The position numbers were made by a program, and so were the translations under genes. Under the pieces are notes generated by a model. That model had not been told where the DNA came from. It did no database searches and saw only the letters and a list, made by a program, of their open reading frames with translations. DNA of 64,000 nucleotides from Octopus sinensis (taxonomy: Eukaryota), in assembly GCF_006345805.1 (NCBI RefSeq), contig NC_042999.1, positions 100,936,001 to 101,000,000 on the forward strand. The letters run 5' to 3'. Positions 55,874 through 64,000 of the stretch are shown piece by piece (position 1 is the first letter of the stretch; each line of letters begins with the position of its first letter).

Positions 55874-57768
55874 CTCTTTTTACCAGTCTTTCAAAAAAAT
55901 AATGAAAAAAGGAATCCAACTTTCCACTGCATGCTCCCAGGTATAAACGCTCTGCTGAATCCAGTTTCCAGAGGAAATTAAAGAGTGATGAGCCTGAAAG
56001 CAGCAACTTAATGTAACTTAATATAACACAAAACCAGCAGTTTAGAGAGGAAGGGTTAGTGGATTAAATTAACTAAGCAAAAAAGCTATAGCAACTCCTT
56101 TACATCTCCAAGTGATTATTTTTTTTTTATATCTTTTTTTAAACAGTGTATTCTTCAAAATAAATCATAACTTTTGCCTTAAACATGCTTACACTTTCTG
56201 AGCTCTTAAACGCATTTCAAGTGGTGTTTCAAGAAAATATTTTTTCATATATTTGCTCTTTGCTAATAAATATTTCAGTAGTTCAGTCCCAAATACTTTA
56301 GGAAGTTAAGTGGAAAATGCGCTTCTACTGAAGTAAGAATGAAACACATCAAGCATGTCTCCTATCCCTGTCCCTTGTCAAAGAAAGAATAATATTGGTT
56401 AACAAATAATTCCATTTTTCTTTTATCGCATGTCTGATGCTTAGACTTTTAACTTTCAAGGATGAAATACGTTTTCATTTGCTTAATTATAAAATTGACA
56501 GGCTCTTTTATGTAGGTCTAGGATTACACTTTGGACACACTCGTGGTTGTTTTGGAAAAAGTATCAAAACACATTAGTAGAGTATATTATTGTTAGAAAT
56601 AGGGTTGTTAAACCTTTAAGAGAATAGGGAAACATTTCAGAGATTGTTGTAATAAAACCCTCTTTGCAGAGAAACATGATACAATAATAACATAATACAA
56701 GTAGAGAGCCAGCAGCAAATGTAATGAAGGCATTTGAATAATATTGAAATTCACCTCACATAAAATCTATGTAAATTAGATAAATTAATTTCTTATTTGC
56801 CCTCTTTCTGCTGTCTTGTTTGTTAACTAATATCTAATTCTGATCATCAAATAATTACTTTCTTATTCCACAGCTATGCTGCTGGGTGTATTGACATAAG
56901 CTGTGTGGAAATATTAATACAACTATTCCACCAGGGCAATTATCCTATTTGCAAATTTTCTGCTATACATCATTGATCTATTTCATATATACCAGAAACA
57001 GCTAACAGATCAACGTCCACTTCTTTACTGACGACTCAACACTTAACCTATCCTCTTACAATATTTGATTATTGTGTTCAGATATCATTACCAGCAACAA
57101 AGTAATCAATAGCCTTCATTTTAAACACCAATCCCATCGCAGTTTTCAAATATAACATTGAATCAGAGCTTAGTCATTTCAGGAAAGAAAAACCTAAACC
57201 TAAATTTTTATGATAATAAGATAGCATAATGATTGTACAAAATCAGGCATAATATTACAGTATATTACTGCAGTGAAGTGACAATAAAAGTCAGTGGTGC
57301 ATTGATATATTTGTTGTCATGGAGATGTGTATTATGGTAAACTGTAACAATAGAAAATTCAAATATAACCGATAGCTATTGATTTAGATTTATATAAATG
57401 TTTAATGAGATAATTGAAGAATGGGAAAAAAAACAAGATGAAATTGAGGAAGTTATAAAATATCAGATTGTTATTAAAAAAATTGTTTTGAAAGAGTACC
57501 CAAAATTTCAAAATTTATACCCCACCTTTTCAAGAATTTGTTGTGCTCCATGAAAGTTGATATTGAAAAGAGTAAAGTGAAATAATAGCTTTTTCTTTTT
57601 TTTGGTTGTTGGAGTGGAAAGCTAAGAATGTAAATTTTTGGTAAAGTATGGGAGCTGAGGCTTTAGTGGTTGTCAACAATAATAATAAAATTAAACAGTT
57701 CAATAAAGAAAATGCTCATTTAAAGTCTATTTAAGAAATAAAATAATAATAAAATGATGATAAAATAT

Positions 57769-58015
57769 GCCCACAGACATATAGCGTAGTGGTTAAGAGT
57801 GCGGGCTACTAACCCCAAGATTCCGAGTTCGATTCCTAGCAGTGACCTGAACAATAACAATAATAATAATAATAACATCGAAAAATACTTTAGGAATGAG
57901 AACCCAGGTTCAAAATTTCCCCAAGACACCTGAAGAAGGCTGGAGGGTATATCAGCTGAATGTAAATAATGTAAATAATGTACATAATTCCTCATCCCTT
58001 AAACATAGAACTGTA
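57769..58015 (+). mobile_element. SINE family E: tRNA-derived head + (AAT)n linker + hammerhead-derived tail
   Basis: A box TAGCGTAGTGG, anticodon-like stem-loop GCGGG-CTACTAA-CCCCA, B box GAGTTCGATTCC. The tail has GACAC-CTGAAGA-AGGCTG...CAGCT-GAA followed by a 45-nt deletion relative to the 25562-25735 copy. Confidence 0.85.
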
Positions 58016-59125
58016 TAGCTTGATGTCATCTGCTTATTTCAGCACTGTGACATTCTTTAAGTTGGCATCTATGTCATTAATGTATGCAACAAACAAAAGG
58101 GAACCAAGAACAGATCCCTGCAGTACACCAGATGTGACTACCTCTTTCCGGCTGAGAACGAAGGACTCCAACCAGTTAAAAAGATCATCTTTCATGCCCA
58201 CTGCAGAGAGTTTTGCTATAAGTCTTTTGTGTGGCACAGAATAAAAAGCTTTAGCAAAGTCAAGGTAAACAACATCCACCCATGAGCTGCCATCAGTGAT
58301 CCAGGTGATGTCTTCAAGAAACTTGATAAGTTGATCACAGCAGCTGGAGTTAGGGATAAATCCAAATTGCACGGGCCAGATAAGGCTGTGAGAATTCCAG
58401 TGTTTCTCTGACACAGGATTCCGTCAGTTTGGCAATGCAGCTAGTAAGACTGTCTGGACGATAGTTGACAGGTGATGTGTGATCACCCTTTTTGAACAGA
58501 GGAATGACACTGGCAGTTTTCCACTGCTGAAAGGAGAGTGAAAGCTGGTGCAGAAGAAAGTACCCACCAAGTTTGAGAAGCAGATATGTAACACCATTAA
58601 GACCAGGAGAGGCATAATTGCACTTATTCTTAAGGTGACATCACAGCATTGCAGGTGTAAATTCCATAGTTATTATGAAATTTGGTGTCAGAGGTGATGG
58701 AGATGGTACATTTTGGTTATCAACAGTAAAAATGCCTACACAGCATTCAGCAATGAGCTCTGTGCATTCTTTGGGAGCATCAATAATCTCGTTTGTGTGA
58801 GGATTGTGAAGAGGACCAACTGGAAAGTGAAGTCTCTACTTTGAATGTGTATATATTTCCAGAACACCTTACTGTCAGGGCTGGTTGCTATGTGCTGCTC
58901 AAATTCAAGTACTGCCTTTTTTGTCACCTGCTTCAGATAGTTGGATGATTTATTGCAGTTTTCCCTATTTATATCTGATTTATGCAGTTTGTATTCCTGT
59001 TTAGCATTACAATGTTCTTTCCTGACATGTCTGACTGCTGCAGTCTGCCAAGTTTGCACTTTTGGGATGCTTTTGTGCTTATGTGGTACTGATGCTGCAC
59101 ATACTGTCCATATTGAGTTCAGAAT
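58016..59125 (-). mobile_element. CR1-clade LINE fragment (linker + RT), decayed
   Basis: KVFWKYI; QFGFIPNSSCCDQLIKFLED; VDVVYLDFAKAFYSVPHKRLIAKL; SGVLQGSVLGSLLFVAYINDI; *ADDIKLY. Confidence 0.92.
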
Positions 59126-59367
59126 GTTGGTAAGCAAGCTTTGATTTTGTGCCGCTAATATGAAACCTTCAGTCTCTGCTTTCAGTCCTGAGCTTTTCAG
59201 CCACTGATGGGTTGTTGTTTAGTCTACATTTTGGCATTGAAGTATATACTGCCTATGCAGAGGCTTCTGTCTTCACCATTTCTCAATTTGTTTCTGTCCA
59301 TTCTTTTTTGTAGTATGTTTCATCTGTTTTGCTTGTTTGGTGGCAGTGGTTTCAGGTTCTTCATCTA
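59126..59367 (-). mobile_element. R4/Dong-clade internal fragment (post-RT region)
   Basis: Minus strand KW*RQKPLHRQY...HQWLKSSGLKAETEGFILAAQNQSLLT; begins directly after an (AAT)n tract. Confidence 0.8.
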
Positions 59368-59386
59368 TTATTATTATTATTATTAC

Positions 59387-59418
<32 letters not shown>

Positions 59419-61823
59419 GTACTATTATTATTATGTTACTTAACATTTGTATATTGTGAATTGTTTTGTAAATGTAGTTCTTATTTGTTACTAATGCAGA
59501 CATAATGTCTGCTCACTATTCATGCATCATCCCTATCTAGTCTTGTTTCTATTGCATTTTCACCTGAATTTTTGTATTTCATATGCTTTTCACTCAGTGC
59601 TCTATCATAGCAGCTACCCTTCTCACTGTAACACTATTTCTATTATGTATTCTACTCTGGCCATTTTCATGTAATTCAGTTGCATCAAAATTGAGAAAGT
59701 TGACTGGACTTATTGCTGATTGATACAATTATTCTCATAAACAGGCAATAAACAAGACACATTTCTAGTTTCAGTTGTAACATGTAGTCATCAACACTGC
59801 TGCTATTTTGCTCTTTCTCTAATATTCACTTCTGCTTGACACTGAATGCTAAGTGTAGCAACAACTATTCATATTGAAACACAAATCCAGATGCAACTTT
59901 CTTTTGCCTTTTTATGCCACACTGGCTAAAATTTATATTTGACATTTAAAAGTAGCCTTGTTCTCTTTCTCTCTAATTTGTGTAAATGTGTATAAAACTA
60001 ATATCATATTTGTATTCACACTGCCCACCTGTTCTCATTAGATGGACAGGTGTGTCCAAAGATAGTATCTCATAACTTGTTGCAGTTCTTTGCCATCTCC
60101 TTCATAAAGTTCAACATCCGGAGATCAAATTTATATTTTCCTCTTTCACTTTTACAAGATCCCTCTGTTGTATACACATATGTATATAAATATAAATACA
60201 CATGCACACATACACACACACATGCACACACACACATGCAAGCATGCAAACACACACATATGCACATATATGCATACACACACACATACACACACACACA
60301 CATGTATGCATTTGGACTTACTTGCAACATAAAAAACAGAAAAGAAAATTTTCATGTAGCAACAAGATAAAGCCTCAGTTTCAAATGAATGAATGCATGT
60401 TTCATGTATTAGTTTCCCAATAAGTTTTAGTAGTTATGGCGAAGGCTATGACTCTTTTCAAAGCCTCCAAGACTGGTGGGAGGAAGAGAGAAAGTTATAT
60501 CCAATGGGACACCAGGGACCGGTTCTGAATGCTTGCAACAAAGTGGACTCAGTTAAAATCACCCAAGATGAAGTCTATCATAAAACAAAAGAAAAACAAG
60601 AAAAAAAAAATCCAGTAACAGTCCAACTGACAAGTTATCCCCACAGTTTCTGATAAATAAATTTTACTCTCAAGGCTTTGCCCAAGGTATCACACAGTGA
60701 GATCAAACCCCAAACCACTTTGCTATAGAGTGAACTTCTTAATCACATAACCATGCCAGTACAGACATCCAAGCACCCACCTACCCACACACATAACCAA
60801 ACACTTCATTTCAAATACTTTGACATCATTGACTTTATTACCAAGAATAACCATGCTTACCATTCATTAGCCTGTCTATAAACACAGCAGCTTCAATTAA
60901 ATCGATTGTCAGAAATGCAAAGACTTTTGTTGCTTTTCAACTTACTGACAGCACAACATAAATGACATTTGCTCATTAAATGTAAAGGAGGAAGGTGTCA
61001 CTGGAGCAATATATAATTTGTCACAATAGAGCAATATCTTTGTTTCCGTGCACCTTATTGAATGCTTCATTCAAACACAATTCATTTGATATGGAATAGT
61101 ACCATCTGATTTGGCTAGAGATAGCATCTAAATTACTCTCAAATCACACCCTGCTGTTCATTAAAAACACAGGACACACTGAATGATGTAGTCCAATGTG
61201 TCTACATTGAATTACATTATGCAGCAGAAAAATACAGCTGGTATAGTTATAGATGAGAAACTTTTAATCACATGTCTGCTCAATTAGGCCCAAGTTGAGC
61301 TAATCGACAGCAAACATGCAATCACAAGCTGTCAAAGAAGCCTTTATACAATCACTCAAACAGTCCTGCTAGCAATAGCAGCCACATCCCTCTCAAACTA
61401 CATCTTAGTATCTTAATAAAAAGACAAACATATTGGATGATATAACCCAATATGTCCATTGTCATGATCACAGCTGGTATACTTTTTATCGTAAGTTTCT
61501 TCAAGTCAGAGCTGGACTGTGGCTAAATAACCTCACCACCAACAACAATAACACAACAATGAGCTAGCAATGGGACCTCAACATGATCATTCAATCTGCT
61601 AGTAATAACAGCTAAGTCTCTCTTAAATCACACTCTACCTCAGAAAATGAAATAATATATTTCTAGTTACATTATGCTTAGAATAAGGCTGGAAAGGTCA
61701 AGGCCAGAGTGCTGTTAATGATAGCTCTGCTGAATCAGAATGACTTAAGATTCTACAACAATGACAATTATGCATGAATTTCAAAGTAATCTCCAGTGAA
61801 AGAGAGAATGAGAAACAGAGTGG

Positions 61824-61824
<1 letters not shown>

Positions 61825-61888
<64 letters not shown>
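61825..61888. repeat. (GA)n microsatellite
   Basis: Directly visible. Confidence 0.95.
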
Positions 61889-61891
<3 letters not shown>

Positions 61892-62393
61892 TTATTGTTT
61901 GGAAAGGAATAAGTATTTCTGCAATCTTGATTGTATTGGAAAGAAATAAGCATTTCTAGCCTCCCACAGAAATTATTTACAACAGTATTGAAAACAAGGG
62001 GAAAAAATATCATTTGAATTTGTGCTGGCTTTGATTTTATGCTACATCACCACTACTGCTACTGCTATTCACAAAATGGGATTTAAAACTATTATTTTTC
62101 AGCTCTAATAATATCATCATCTAAGTAATTGGTTTTCATTCAGAGAAAAACGTAAGTTCATGTCTTACCATTGACAGAGGTTATTCAACCTGTTTTACTT
62201 ATATTCCTTACATATGTGTGTGTGTGTGTGTGTGTCTGAAAGTGTGTATAAAGATGAATATAAAGCGTGAATGTATGGTTGAAGATGTATGAAACTATAT
62301 ATCCTTGTATGTGTATTATTGTCTATATATCCATGTATGTGTGTGTTTGAATACATATATCTTGTTGAACATGCATAAAAAGGCATTTATATG

Positions 62394-62432
<39 letters not shown>

Positions 62433-62818
62433 TCAAAATGTGTACAACTGTCAACATATACTGATGAACAGGAACAATGTGTAACACACACTATTTTCAT
62501 TGCTCTTCAGTGTTGGCAACTCAAATCCTATTATTGAAACATTATTCGTATTAGAAATCAATTATCATAAATCAACAGAAAAACTAGCAATCTGATAAAA
62601 AGATCAGAAAGTAAAACCTTTCGCACAAGCCTACAAACATAGATATAAAAACAACATACACAAGTATGATATTTGTGTGTGAGTTTATATGGGCATGAGT
62701 GTGTGGTGTTCAATATTTTTTCTGGATGTTTATTGTATCCATCTTAAGAGGAGGCTTACACTAAAGATTACATGCATACACACACATGTAGATGTGTAGA
62801 TACATATGTGTGTATGTA

Positions 62819-62867
<49 letters not shown>

Positions 62868-63242
62868 GTGAGTGTCTGTGTGTGTATGAATGTACATATA
62901 TGTGTGTGTGTGTGCCAATGGCTCATAAAAAGCACCATTCGAGCGTGGTTGAAGCCAGTACCACCTGACTGGCTCCTGTGCTGGTGGCACGTAAAAAGCA
63001 CCATTTGATCATGGTCGATGCCAGTATTGCCTGACTGGCCTCTGAGTTGGTGGTATGTAAAAGCACCCACTATACTCTCGGAGTGGTTGGCATAAGGAAA
63101 GGCATCCAGATGTAGAAATCTTGCCAGATCAGATTGGAGCCTGGTGCAGCTTCCTGGCCTGCCAGTCCTCAGTCAAACAGTTCAACCCATGTCAGCATGG
63201 AAAGCAGATGTTAAACAATGATGATTGATGATGATAATATGT

Positions 63243-63282
<40 letters not shown>

Positions 63283-63398
63283 CTTATAAAATAAGGGCAA
63301 AAGAAAAATTCTAATGCCAAATATGCCGAAAATATACAAAATTTTCAATAACCATTTATGCGTCTCAAAACAAGCCGAAAGAAATTTCTAAAAAATTC

Positions 63399-63469
63399 CG
63401 TTATTACCGTATTGGTCCCAATTTCAGAGTTAATTCATAAGAATTTCCCCCTCCTCAGTGATAAATACG
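63399..63469 (-). ncRNA. Type-I hammerhead ribozyme motif with intact core
   Basis: CGUAUUUAUCA CUGAGGA GGGGGAAAUUC-UUAU-GAAUUAACUCU GAAA UUGG-GA-CCAA UA CGGUAAUAACG: all three stems can form; AUA cleavage triplet. Confidence 0.8.
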
Positions 63470-63725
63470 TAAGACATAAATGAAATACTTACTCATACCC
63501 ATGGAAAAAGCAAGCACTAAGTCCTGAGCAGACCTAAGTACCCCAAATATATCCAAAATAGAAAATCTTCAGCACATCTTGAGACACGTGTGATTATTAT
63601 ATATATATATATAAAATATTATATTGGTAAAACGGTAAGATAACAAAAGAAAGAAAGAGACCTCAATATTATGTAAATAGAGGAAATTTATCTATAAAAT
63701 AATATGTTACATTACTCGATAGTCA

Positions 63726-63788
63726 AGATAAAACTCTGAGTTTCAGATGCCGAAGTCGGAATCCACAACGCCATCTCTTTGGTTATCT
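63726..63788 (-). ncRNA. Degenerate type-I hammerhead motif
   Basis: AGAUAA CCAAAGA GAUG...CAUC U GAAA CUC-A-GAG UU UUAUCU: perfect 6-bp stem I, stems II and III present, first box CCAAAGA instead of CUGAAGA. Confidence 0.6.
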
Positions 63789-64000
63789 GGCTATTTGAAA
63801 ATGCTATGAAAAAATACCGTTATACAAAGGGAAATTACTGTGTTATAACTCTGCTTGCCTGCGTACTTATACATCGCTATGTAACCGTACACATCTTCAC
63901 TCGCATTTTTCGCCATAAAAAATTATATAAAAATACATTAAAAATATATAAAAAATATATAAAAAATATACATGAAATATATATTAAAAATATATGATAG

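Noticed and set aside
57773-57846. tRNA gene with ACT anticodon
   Set aside because: The acceptor and anticodon stems pair poorly, there is no poly-T terminator, and it continues into a dispersed repeat tail; it is a SINE head.
62454-62516. Overlapping CTGATGA (plus) and CTGAAGA (minus) boxes
   Set aside because: The plus motif has GTAA instead of GAAA; the minus motif has no valid stem III or NUH triplet.
6284-63997. Most ORFs in the supplied track (poly-Y/I/M, CVCV, HTHT, ERER peptides)
   Set aside because: Translations of microsatellites or antisense frames of TEs; no protein-family signal or splice context.

Overview
AT-rich, microsatellite-dense animal genomic DNA. The repeat families resemble those of octopod cephalopods (Octopus); this is inferred from recall, not a database search. 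The window is almost entirely intronic or repeat sequence. I can support one host coding exon: 143 nt on the minus strand (47906-48048) encoding a WD40-type segment most like TULP4. The rest is decayed transposable elements: Penelope-like (RT + GIY-YIG), two mariner relics, RTE, CR1, Tx1/L1, four R4/Dong-type fragments at (TAA)n tracts, several SINE families and a foldback MITE. Nearly all ORFs in the supplied track are spurious or TE fragments. The most notable signal is a set of at least six type-I hammerhead-ribozyme-like motifs from about four different repeat families. One (63399-63469, minus) has a fully intact catalytic core. Another family joins a tRNA-derived SINE head to a hammerhead-containing tail. 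There is also a non-repeat 83-nt hairpin at 55791-55873. TE boundaries are approximate (tens of bp) unless defined by TIRs or splice sites.
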